Shown here piece by piece: positions 25,529-36,596 of a stretch of DNA of 64,000 nt. The notes beneath the pieces were generated by a model. It was not told where the DNA came from. It saw only the letters and a program-made list of their open reading frames with translations, and did no database searches. The stretch's first letter is position 1; each line of letters starts with the position of its first letter. Position numbers and translations under genes: made by a program. The DNA is from Balanoglossus misakiensis (lineage: Eukaryota > Animalia > Hemichordata): positions 7,471,337-7,535,336 of the forward strand of contig CM082586.2 of assembly GCA_040954595.2 (NCBI GenBank). The letters run 5' to 3'.

Positions 25529-28243
25529 AATTTTTAATATTGCACTGCGATGTTACGAAGGCCAATGATCGTCTTTGGCGCATGCGCGTAGTTTCGTGTG
25601 TACAAGCATTACGTCCAATCCAAATGTTCTGAAAATTTGCGTTCGACGCATTCAAATAGTGGACTGTCTTCGCTTCCTGACACATTTCATGTTGTACAAT
25701 ATTTTTAACCAGAGTGTGTGGTTTGACACATGCGCACAAGATGATCGTCGCCCTTTAACACAGGCATTGATCATCATACGTTCAGTGCATTTTATTGTTG
25801 TGGTGTGTGTGTGTGTGCGTGCGTTGGTGTTCGTGTTTTTAATCATTTCCTTGTGAATTAATAAAACAACAAAAACTATGGAGCAGGTGTAACTTATTTC
25901 CATTTTTACCATGGTCCTCTAAAGGTGAAACGGTCAAGAGACAACAAATGACATCATGACCAATATCTCCACAAACTGTGTTCTTTATTTCTGTGTATAC
26001 CACTATCAAACTACAAAAAGTCTGATATCTTTTTAACCGTAAGTATTATGACGGCAACTTCAACAACACAAAAATTTAAAAAGAAAATCTGATGATATAG
26101 TAACTGTCTGGCAGCAATCAAAGTTTTTTTTAAAAACCTAACTGTCAAGCAAAATGTAACGAATGCAGTGAACAACAGAAATCATACTGTGATAGCTGCA
26201 AAGTACATTATGGTAATTACAATGATATGTCCTGGTACGCATGCGTGCCTTTAAAATACAGCTATTGCTACCAGCGTGCCTTGTAACTGCAACGATTTGT
26301 AACGAGAAAATAAATTCCCAACATTCTGGATATGGAGTGATGCAAATGGCTTCATTGTCATCAAAACGAACTTTCATGGAATTAAAAAGATCAGTTAGCC
26401 AAACATGGTAAAAACAGTTTCTAGTGTTTGCCATTCCAGAAGAAAAAAATGTGTTGACAGGATTATATCAAATTGTGTTTCACATTGCTTCTATAGTGTT
26501 GATAAATAAATGTATAGCATACATTTATTTTAATTAATTTGATGATATATTAAGTAAATGTATTACACCATCAAATTAATTATATATTTCCACGCAAAAA
26601 AAACTTATAGAGAGAGAAAGACAAACAGAGAGATTATCAAACTCACACGAGATAGCTGAGTTGCTCAGCAGGTCAATTTTACAACTTCTCTCACAAAGAA
26701 ACCCAAAACGATTTCATACTCTGTCCATATACATTGTATTATCCACTTGATATCCAAAGTACCCATTACTATCATAAAGATAAAATTTTGCTCTCTTACC
26801 GACAGAAATATAAACTCTTCTCTATATAAATTTGAAAAATGTCTCTATATAAAATTGAACGTCTTAAACAGCTAGCCCAAATCTCTGGTTGGAAGACTTG
26901 AAAGAAGACACATGATGGTCACCACAAACGCCTTGGACAATGAATGCAGTGGTTCAAAGTTTTCTAGTGGACTCAAATACGTTTCGTCAACTTTAAAACA
27001 TGGCTTAAAAATACACAGCCTATTCCAAATTTCTAGCAACAAAGCGGCGCAAATATGCCACCGCGCAGTATAATTGATCCCTATTGCATGTGCTACGTTT
27101 TGCGTATATATTGAGCGCTATCTTGAATAAAATGACACACAGACCAAATTACTAAGCTGATATTGTCTTGTGCTTGTAGGCCCTACACGCATGCGCTTTC
27201 GATGTGCGTGTCCACCCCCCTAATCACGTGCAGTTTAAATCCTGTAATAGTAAAACCGAATGATGAAAGACCATCAAGTCCCAGTGCATAACTCTTGAAA
27301 TAAAACTTGCATACGTATATCATGCAAACAATATGTTCAGAGGAAATCTACAACTTCTACTTTCAAGTATTATAATGAACTCATTCAAAACGTACTTGCT
27401 CCTAACCCTGTGACAAAAACGCTTAAATCTTATACAGGCATATCACAATCTCTGCGGAAGACACTTGGTCTCATATTTTGATAAATGTGGTTTCTGTGGA
27501 GGCTTTGGCAGTCATTTACGGCACCACACTACGCGAATTCATTGTGCAAAGATGTAATTAATTACATTTGGCTTAATCACGTTAATGTCAATCATCAGAA
27601 TTAACATGTCGCATTCGTCAAATGATTACTTCGATATGGAAAAATTCTCCTTTCCATCAAATTCCCACCAATCTCAACGCATGCATTAACGACGTTATAG
27701 TGACTTGGCTGGCGTGTTTTTTTTGCAATTATTAAAAGGACCCGTTGTTCTTTTTTACAAACAGGTATTAAAAGGGAGTAATGTTTTGGGGCATCGATGT
27801 GGTGACGTCATAATCTGGACGACAATGTCCCCCCAGATCAACCCTGCAAAACGTTATAAATTAGTCTTGAAATGACCCCTTAACTTAGTTTAAATCGAAA
27901 TTCTGCAGTGCATGCAAACATGTTACATTTCTCTTCAATTCTTTCGATGTTTTCAATTTACAATTTGACAATGACAACTGATGATGTAGGAACTTCAACC
28001 CCCCAAAACATTGCACGAAGACTAAGTTCAGAAGAAAAAAATTGAAAACTCTTGGGTATTTTTTGTATGTGACAGGATGCATAATCGGCCTGTGGTGAAG
28101 CCATACATTAAACTGGAGTGCATAAAGAAACCCTACAATTTGTTTAGGGAGCTGTTAAAACATGGTCCAGTTTACAAAGACCGGCCAATGAACACGCCAC
28201 CAGGCGGCCGTTGACAACTGATGGAGTCTTATATGTTGATAGA

Positions 28244-28372
28244 CTACAAGCCACTCTCGTGTTGCAAGACAGCCTGATACGGTTTGCTGTTAGCTTCCAA
28301 TTCTTTGTCCAACATGGCGGCCGTTCCGTTCGGGTGGTCAATGTCAGCTTGTACCTCCACTGTTACCATTTT
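28244..28372 (-). CDS. SLC5A8/SLC5A12-like sodium-coupled transporter, exon 15 (last coding exon)
   Basis: cacag|AAAATGGTA...; phase 0 matches exon 14; KMVTVEVQ...QHESGL* ends in an S-x-L motif. Confidence 0.75.
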   Translation of the reverse strand, partial: KMVTVEVQADIDHPNGTAAMLDKELEANSKPYQAVLQHESGL

Positions 28373-28915
28373 CTGTGAATAAATTGAAGGTATATGTTAA
28401 CCCTGGGGACCATTCTTTAATACAGAGATAGGTGATTTGGTACCCTGCCCACTATGTAAAATTATACTTATCGTATTGCATAGTACGGGCACCTGTCAGT
28501 GACTGACAACTGCATTGGTGCAGGATCCAGGATCAAGAAACGGTAAGTTTATACACTTGCTAACATGCCAACAGTCCTGGAGCAGGCGGTGGTTTTCCGC
28601 TCATCTCGCGAGACTTGGTTAATTACCGTAGCAACGGGTTGCTAGACAGGTAATACAAGTCAAATTTTGTTGCAAAGTAGAAAGGATGCTGAGTATAATA
28701 ACAATTGTAAATTTGGTGCCTTATAACACGATGGGTCATGTGCTGTTTGCCCTGTGTATACGCGGGGAATGTCCTCCCATATAAACTGCCTAGCCTCGCG
28801 AGATCTCGCGGAGTTTCGTGTAGTTCGCAAAATGGTCTATTCAGTGTTGGGTGTAGCCAGTATCATTAAGTATCGTGTTAAAAGTTTACAGACAATTAAA
28901 AACTGAGGAACATAC

Positions 28916-29091
28916 CACGTCATTCGGTGGCTCCTCCACATAAACCTTCTTGATGTCATCCTGGTCTAGAATTTGACCGTGTCGCACACCACAATATGCC
29001 TTCTTCCTGTACCGTGACGGCAGAAAGAAACAGCACTTGTCCACCACTGGGCAGATCGTCCTGGGGTCCAACTCTTCCGGTTTGGTTGCAC
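28916..29091 (-). CDS. SLC5 transporter exon 14
   Basis: ag|GTGCAACC...GACGTG|gtatgt; GATKPEELDPRTICPVVDKCC matches the post-last-TM LDPR motif. Confidence 0.85.
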
Positions 29092-29383
29092 CTGTAATTG
29101 ACAACAAACCATCCTTTGCTAATGAGTGGCAGGTTTTCTTTTGATTGCGAAAAGCGTTTGGCGGTACGTATGTTGTGTTTTGCATGTCTGTCCAGTTGAA
29201 TACGAACGACTGCGTTGATGCCTAGCATTCTGACGTCATGCGGTTCACAAATTCACATGCATGTTACCATCAGGTTAATGACGTCATATGTAAGGGACAT
29301 TTACATTTCTTGAAGCATTTGATCTGCCTGCAGGGAAACAACTTGTCAATATAGACGGCATTTTAAGAAACAGGCCCAATGCC

Positions 29384-29482
29384 TAGACTGAAAGATTCAG
29401 TCGTGTACGGGCGCTCCGGCAATGCCTAGGGCCCTTAGGCGGCTAGCTGGAGCGCCCGCGCAGGACTGGCTCTGTCAGTCTC
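29384..29482. mobile_element. Hairpin MITE family C, copy 1 (SLC5 intron 13)
   Basis: TAGACTGAAAGATTCAGTC...GACTGGCTCTGTCAGTCT; flanks GCCCAATGCC / GCCTAATGCC (10 bp, 1 mismatch). Confidence 0.75.
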
Positions 29483-29691
29483 GCCTAATGCCCAGCATGT
29501 GTAAGTCTACAAAAGTTGCTCATCATTTCTCAAAGTAGAAATTTATGTTATTCCACCAGAATTCCTTTCATTGCTATTGTGTCAGTGCTCCCCGAGCGGC
29601 GTACACGCACATTGTCATTAACGTTTCAGTCTTAAATCTCACCCAGACAATTATCATCCAACGAGAACACAAGGATGTGTTAAAGGCCTAC

Positions 29692-29792
29692 CTGTGATGA
29701 AACTGACGACCAATCCAACACCAATGACCACAAGCCAAGCAACTGCTCCGTAGTAAAGATATGAGATGGAGTACATGGCGGCAATCGGGGGA
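29692..29792 (-). CDS. SLC5 transporter exon 13
   Basis: PPIAAMYSISYLYYGAVAWLVVIGVGLVVSFITG (YSxSYLY motif, last TM); AG/GT borders, phases consistent. Confidence 0.92.
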
Positions 29793-30137
29793 CTGGAAAC
29801 AAAGAAAGAACCGAACATTTTACTTATAAATATTTAATATTTTACTTGAATATCTTATGGATTCAAACATGTTAAACTTCCAGATGTTTGAATATCAGAA
29901 ATAAACACTCCCATTGTTTTACGACGTTGAAAATATTCATGGTAGGGGTTTTCTCCCATATGTAACAAACAAACAAACAAACAAACAAACAAACAATTAA
30001 ATAAAAGTGCAAATAAATAATAAAATAAAAAAGATACGTAATTAAATAGACTGATAGAAACGTACATAAATGTACATAATACTAAAGCAAATAAATAAAT
30101 ATGCCTATTTGAGAATGTTGCTTTCAATGAAACGTAC

Positions 30138-30337
30138 TAAGAATCCTGTGGTAATGGTGCGTCTGTAGTTGTTCCAAATGTGTAGTCCATCGTGGTTGTA
30201 TAATTTGTTGTTACATTCAAGACAGGGCAATTTTCCGTTGTTCTTGGAGGCTTATCGACATATGGCGGATACAGGAACCCTCCGATGCCAATCCAGAATG
30301 CCATTGCCAAACCGCTTAGCAAACCAACGATGGCGCC
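30138..30337 (-). CDS. SLC5 transporter exon 12
   Basis: GAIVGLLSGLAMAFWIGIGGFLYPP...; ag|...TCTTA|gtacgt; extracellular loop with NVT/NYT sequons. Confidence 0.9.
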
Positions 30338-30541
30338 CTGTCGAAGTCAGAACAACATACAGTATATTGACTCGAAAACAAAATTATGTCGATTGAAATA
30401 AGCATGACTGGCCGCCACTTTGAATTCCGAATTTGAGAAATTTTGCTTCGAAATTAAATATTAATGCCAAACTGTTGCACATACATGGCAAAGTCAGCTG
30501 AAAACTGTTTCCCATTCACCAAACGTGTTTGTTTGATGCTA

Positions 30542-30652
30542 TAGACTGAAAGATTCAGTCCTGGGCGGGCGCTCCGGCAATGCCTGTGACTCTTGGTGTA
30601 AAGAGTCATAGGCACAATGGAGCGCCCGCACAGGACTGAATCTTTCAGTCTG
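30542..30652. mobile_element. Hairpin MITE family C, copy 2 (SLC5 intron 11)
   Basis: AGACTGAAAGATTCAGTCCTG...CAGGACTGAATCTTTCAGTCT, 21-bp perfect arms; homologous to the 29384 copy. Confidence 0.8.
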
Positions 30653-30681
30653 GAGATGCCATGAATCAATTGTGAGCTTAC

Positions 30682-30768
30682 CCATGCATTTGCCCAAGGG
30701 AAAAACATGGCCAGAGAGAACAAGCCAAGAAGTGGTCCACCAACCATACCAAATATACTCAGAGCAGC
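30682..30768 (-). CDS. SLC5 transporter exon 11
   Basis: [29 protein letters not shown]; 87 nt, AG/GT. Confidence 0.95.
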
Positions 30769-31096
30769 CTGGAAACAAAAAGTCCATTATTAATAATTGA
30801 TTGACCTTTGTAAAAAATATGAACCGAAAAAGAAAGACACAACATTCTTTATTATTTTGGAAGACATTATATTTGCACCCAAGTGGATATAGTGTTTCAG
30901 TCCTCAAATGCTCATGCTCGTTGAAACGACCGCTACTCACATATCGTCCGTAATTTGGCGATTCTTATATATGTTTCTATATGATCATATTCAAATTAAA
31001 AGTTCTGGTGCTTATTCTGTTTAATTCTGAAATTTATCATAAAGATTCTACAAGATTATGACATACATGTATTTGACATGTGTGATGACGACATAC

Positions 31097-31164
31097 CTGC
31101 AAAACGTCACCCATCATCGATGATATCCATGCCATGAACACACACACCAAACCGAAGATGAGAG
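31097..31164 (-). CDS. SLC5 transporter exon 10
   Basis: LIFGLVCVFMAWISSMMGDVLQ; 68 nt, AG/GT. Confidence 0.92.
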
Positions 31165-31602
31165 CTGAAAATAACATAGACATGTATTTATTGGATCATT
31201 GGCGATTAATTCAAATTTGCTGTGAAAATGGTGGCTTTGAATAGGGGTCGGTGGACGATTAACAACATCTGTTATTTTGTTGTTGTTTTTCTCTCGTGTG
31301 AGAGATTATTCCGGTTTACCTGCTCACACAACCTCAAATTTACTCAACGCCCGCTTGTACCGTTTATCCCTTATATACACACTATATTGTCTGCCCGCAA
31401 ACACCACAAAATATAAAACGTGCTTGGTTATCCGTGGATCGAATCACTTCGTCCACATTGCCCAAGATACTATCTCTACGCGCTTTGTGACAAAGCTCGG
31501 TATGTGAATAGTACGCCCTCTACAAAGCAAAGCAGACGCGAGGCCTACACCCCCACTTCCTCCATGTCTAGGTCACCTATACTCCTATTCCAGTATACTT
31601 AC

Positions 31603-31715
31603 CGAGACCCTTAGTATACAAAGTGTACCGAGACTCGTCCATGTTTTTCCACAACGGGCGGAGGATATCTTCACCGGTGACGGCGGCCAGAGAGTTCAAA
31701 CCTGACGATACGGTA
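31603..31715 (-). CDS. SLC5 transporter exon 9
   Basis: TVSSGLNSLAAVTGEDILRP... (completes the SSF S-T-x-S-S sodium-site helix); 113 nt, AG/GT. Confidence 0.95.
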
Positions 31716-32088
31716 CTGAAAAAAAAATGTTCCGTGTACATTTTTGAATCGGGGGGAAAAACATTTTGCTACCACAACAGCGCCCTCAGACCGAACCCCT
31801 GTCAGACAAAGTTCGGATATCCGTATCTTCAAGTTGTAATGAAGCACCAATCTACGACATAGTCAACCAGATATATGTGAAAATATGAGTCTTGTATAAA
31901 GAAGATCTGAAATGTTTTAGACTGAAAAAGGGGTGAACGTTTTTCAACTGTGAAAAAATCTGGTGTACCCGGCCATATCTCCACGATACCATGTCAATGG
32001 TGCTCGACTGAAAGCTGGTATAAAGACCACAACAATGAGCTATGTTGTCTGAAAGCAAATCAAGGTGCACTGAGCAAAAGTCACTAAC

Positions 32089-32177
32089 CTGAGGGCTCCA
32101 CTAAACATACAAGATACAAAGAGGCCAGGTAGTCCTGGTAAAAAGCTGAGGATATCCATCACAAAGTACGGCATTAA
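32089..32177 (-). CDS. SLC5 transporter exon 8
   Basis: [30 protein letters not shown]; 89 nt, AG/GT. Confidence 0.95.
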
Positions 32178-32594
32178 CTGCAAAAAATAAACAAAATATA
32201 CAGTCTGGTGTTAACAGTGTTATAGGTCAACATGGAGTGTTCGTAATGCCATAACAAATTCAGTACGGCTCTCTGTATGCGTAGCATTCTCTTGCTTCGA
32301 GTAATTCCCTCCGTCCGTTGATTATAATTCCAATCTGACTGTCTGTGGGATGAAATATAGACTACTACATACGGGATATTTAATCTGTAATATTTAGAAA
32401 TATATATCGGTGTACACTATTACGAAATTGATGACGATATGTTCAGAGTCAACAGCACTTTATGTTTCAAGCTATCTTACGCTACATTTTTGTTTCTCTC
32501 GGATTTTGAATTATTTTGTGTAGCATATGTCTGCCGGAACTTGAACTACAAGTCACATAACCACGCCAGTTGCACCATACACCCTTTTAATTAA

Positions 32595-32735
32595 TCTAGC
32601 GCCCTCACGCAGCCATCGTGAGATTGAACTCAAAGCGAGATCAATGGGGAAACGCCGTCAATGTGATTGGCCAACTTTTTACCCATTGGCCTCGCTTTGA
32701 GTTCAAATTCACGACGGCTGTGTGAGGGCGCTAGA
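32595..32735. mobile_element. Palindromic MITE (SLC5 intron 7)
   Basis: TCTAGCGCCCTCAC...TGAACTCAAAGCGAG / CTCGCTTTGAGTTCA...GTGAGGGCGCTAGA; ~55-bp imperfect arms, no clear TSD. Confidence 0.75.
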
Positions 32736-32792
32736 CTTACAAAACGGGTGTATTAGAGTAAGTGACAGACGGCTTTGCCGTACAACGTTTAC

Positions 32793-32922
32793 CTGATCGC
32801 TTGCTTGGACGTATCCAGCGTCGAAAGGATCGCAGTCATGGTACGAGGCATACATGACCAGACCGCTGCAGGCCGCCAGGGCGAGGATTAACAACAAACC
32901 AGGGATATTCAAGTAAATAGCG
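32793..32922 (-). CDS. SLC5 transporter exon 7
   Basis: AIYLNIPGLLLILALAACSGLVMYASYHDCDPFDAGYVQASDQ; 130 nt, AG/GT. Confidence 0.95.
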
Positions 32923-34347
32923 CTGCAAAAATGAAGGAAAAAATAACTTGTTATTGGTTTCTGAGCTGGTTATAGTAAAAGGACTCAATGCCTACAATTC
33001 ATTGAATATGCAAATGAATTAACTGCCACACCGCATCTATTTGAACGTCGATATTTTCTATTCCTTTCTGAAGTGACGATCATCTTAATATAGAGCATAA
33101 TTGCCCCAAGACTATGATTTATGTGGAAAAGACAATTATCAGATCATAACCTCTATCATTCTATATTCAAATTTATTATGAAATTTCTTCTTATATTTTT
33201 TTTTCATTTGTGACTGAAACAATTCTGTAAACGGACCGACTGGCGCACACATAATAAGTGGCGTCACTGGACAGGTCCTTTTTGTGCCCTCTGAACCAAG
33301 GATCTAAAATTACACAGAAGTTAGCTTGCACCATTGTCCAGCGCTCTTTCACATTACTTTCTCGTCAAAGAAACTGCGTCGTTTGTTAAACGTGACCCAA
33401 CTGCCAGCATACACGACTACATTTTTTCTGAATTCAGTCTTGTGTGGTAGGTAGTTTAAATAAAGGCTTCTACAACAAGCTCGTTGAGTCTGTAATAAAT
33501 CTTCTTCGTGACGACAACTATGTCAGTTCATGTATTTATCATGTCACCCACTCACCAGAAGTAGGATACCGGCCGATGTAACTTTAGAGACTTTGCCTAT
33601 AACTGTCTTGACACATTGACACAAAATAGTGCGGTTGCCTTGGGTACTAGCCACTGCAGACATGTGGTCTCGTGATTGGGGGGGGGGTGTTGGATGTTTG
33701 GCGAGAGAACTGGAGAGTGTTCGGAGGAATGTGTCAATGGCCGAGTGTGAAAAAAATGGCTCTGCACTATTGCAGAAAAGGGTTTGCTTCTAGGTTGGCT
33801 ACACGTTTAGGCCTACTGTGATAAGATCGACCACATGGCCTCTTAGAAAATAGGTCTCTGTCTGGGATTCAATCAACTATGTCGAGCACATGTCGACTAT
33901 AGGGTGCTTGCAGGAGCTATCACCTGTCCGGGTCGGCGAGCGGCCATTTGTAACTTGAGCAAAGCTGTTGCTGTCAATCTTTGGTTATGAATGAGGTCAT
34001 GTTGACATTGGATGTTTACACGTAGTGTGAGTACTTTATATTTTATAGAAATATGTATTAACTTTGCTTTAAAGTATTCACTTTTAGAGAAAGCTGATAG
34101 GCTGAAACACTTAGCACATGATAGCGGGGGCAATATCACGATACGTGGCCATCATCCGCTTGCACTAGCCTCGGCAGGCGAAGATGGATTCGTGGCCTGC
34201 ACGAATGGTGGTGCTCTCTGACTATGAGAGCCATCAGTCGCGCAGAGTACAATATGCAAATCACAAATAAACTCAGGCTGACGAGGTATATTATCACCAT
34301 GATTCCACGCACATCATGTTTCCATAACGACTACGGATTTTACTCAC

Positions 34348-34488
34348 ATTCGTGCATCCCGCTGCGTGCGACACGTCATATAGCGCTGCACTTGTGATTG
34401 GTTGATGCCGTAGATGGCCAACCACGTGAAGAGTCCTCCAACACAGATGGTCCAGAAGGTGTGTCGAACGGTTGGATCAAAACTGAAA
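34348..34488 (-). CDS. SLC5 transporter exon 6
   Basis: FSFDPTVRHTFWTICVGGLFTWLAIYGINQSQVQRYMTCR; 141 nt, AG/GT. Confidence 0.96.
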
Positions 34489-34644
34489 CTGTATACAACA
34501 AAACGAGAATGTTCGCTGTTAAAATAAGTAGTTTTGATGTTTTATGCAAAATAAAACCCAACCCAGTTTCAGTCATGCAATTGGATAAAAGTTAACTCCA
34601 ATAAAAAGTGTCTTGAGCATAGATGCATAGAGAAAAAAATCGCG

Positions 34645-34646
<2 letters not shown>

Positions 34647-34691
<45 letters not shown>

Positions 34692-34704
34692 ACACACACA
34701 CACA
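34647..34704. repeat. (CA)n microsatellite
   Basis: Directly visible. Confidence 0.95.
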
Positions 34705-34810
34705 CGCAGGCAGACAGACAGACATACGATTTCTCTACTCCTAAAGCCATATACATGTATATCGTGTACAAATGACATCTAAATTATTTTCCAGCTCATC
34801 CATTACTTAC

Positions 34811-34965
34811 TTGTCAAATTCAATTCTCCCGCCTTCCTGACAGATTTCCATGACCCTCCCCCAGCCACCGACGTTGATGGAGCCTTGGATGATGACAGCC
34901 AAAAAGCCGGCGATCATTACTATTAGTTGAAACACGTCCGTCCACAACACTGCTTTCATACCGCC
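34811..34965 (-). CDS. SLC5 transporter exon 5
   Basis: [16 protein letters not shown] signature; 155 nt, AG/GT. Confidence 0.97.
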
Positions 34966-35466
34966 CTAGAGGGGGGGGGGGGGGGGGGGGGGGGAGAAAG
35001 TACCCACATTTAAAATCACTAGCCGTACAAGATGCCTCTGTTATTTACCTATCACACAATCAGCTGTTGAAACCGAGTGATATTTGCATGCTACCGATAG
35101 GCACAATGTCTTTAATATGTTTCATCTTTACCAAAATATAAACATTGACGTCGTTCAGTGGTGACTATTACGGTAATGCCTTTTGAAATTTCGTACCCGT
35201 TTATAATCATGTAGGCTTGCAAAATGATATATCTTGCGCAGGACTATAGGGTTAAATTGTTACTGTAGCGTGGATAAAATTGCGCGGTTTTCGTGGAAAA
35301 CTTTCAGCCACGAACATAAATACTTGCCTACAATAAAACGACGACAATAGCTAGTACCCGGAAGTGAAGTAAACCGTGACGTCATGCTGTTTTACAATGT
35401 ATTGAAATAATCAAAATGTCGTTCAGTTGCACATTATTTTTGCCACGAATAAGACAGCATACTTAC

Positions 35467-35534
35467 GATAGTTGTGTAGAAAGTGCACACAAGTCCGCAA
35501 GTCAACACAGAACCCCATAGTGAAAAGCCAGTTA
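35467..35534 (-). CDS. SLC5 transporter exon 4
   Basis: TGFSLWGSVLTCGLVCTFYTTI; 68 nt, AG/GT. Confidence 0.95.
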
Positions 35535-36102
35535 CTGAAGTAGAAAATTCAAGAAAAATTGGGCAATTAAAGTAAAATGTCCCTCGAAAATAAAACTTTT
35601 TCTCATATTTTGCTCAATACAACTTTAGATTATTCTCTCGTAAGATTTACAAGTACATGTAATATTTATACAAATAAAACTTTGTTACAAACAAGGTGGG
35701 GGACACAAATGTATAGGCAGCTTAAATTTAGCATTCATGAACTTTTTGTTTCCTGTATATGCGTGTATTGCCAACACTCTATATACCTGTAGCATTTTGA
35801 GAAATGATGCAAAAATACTCAATAATTATGAAAAATAATCAAAAGTCGATGTGCGTTAAACATGCAGCTGTGATAACTTGAACTTGTCCGTGGCACCCAA
35901 ATTAACATAAACAAGACACTCGACATTCTTGCAATAAGAGAACCTGTGATTTACAACATCTGGCGAAGTTCAGTTACGTCACTTTTCATTCGACGTAAGA
36001 CTTATTCCGCGTGTTAAAATTCAACTCTGTATATGAATGTGTGCCTGGCAGGGCAAACTTATTTCCAAATCCTAAATTCATGAACAAATGATGACGTCAT
36101 AC

Positions 36103-36154
36103 CTGCATTCAGCGCCAACGACGGGGCATAGATGGCGATGCCCATGTACAGCGT
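36103..36154 (-). CDS. SLC5 transporter exon 3
   Basis: TLYMGIAIYAPSLALNA; 52 nt, AG/GT. Confidence 0.95.
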
Positions 36155-36527
36155 CTGCAGAGCAAAGCATCATGGTATGTGTGAATATTGCAAGATGGCA
36201 CGCCAGGACGTTCTACGATATTTTTTCTATCATGTTTCAAATACTGTTGAATCACTCTACATTATGATCAAACACAATATTAATGACTCTTCTAAAATAG
36301 CTGTGCTCTTTTTAAAGACGTGGTAAAACCGAAGAAGTGTTAAAATCACGAAAATAAAATTAACCAAAACAGTAGCATTTTTCTCTGTTAGGTTGGACCC
36401 TTTTCTTACAATTTGGGAAGCCAAGATGTGGTCATGTAGCAAATCATATATTGAATACATAAAATGTTACAAAACACGAACACACAAAAACACGAATAAT
36501 TTAAATTTGGTTAATTAAAAAACTTAC

Positions 36528-36596
36528 CGTTTGGCATATGAAGGTAATGCATGCTAAAATACGGATAGCCCTGCTCTTGAATCGGATTTCCAAATA
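36528..36596 (-). CDS. SLC5 transporter exon 2
   Basis: YLEIRFKSRAIRILACITFICQT; 69 nt, phase 0/0, completes the TSxYE|YLExRF motif. Confidence 0.95.
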
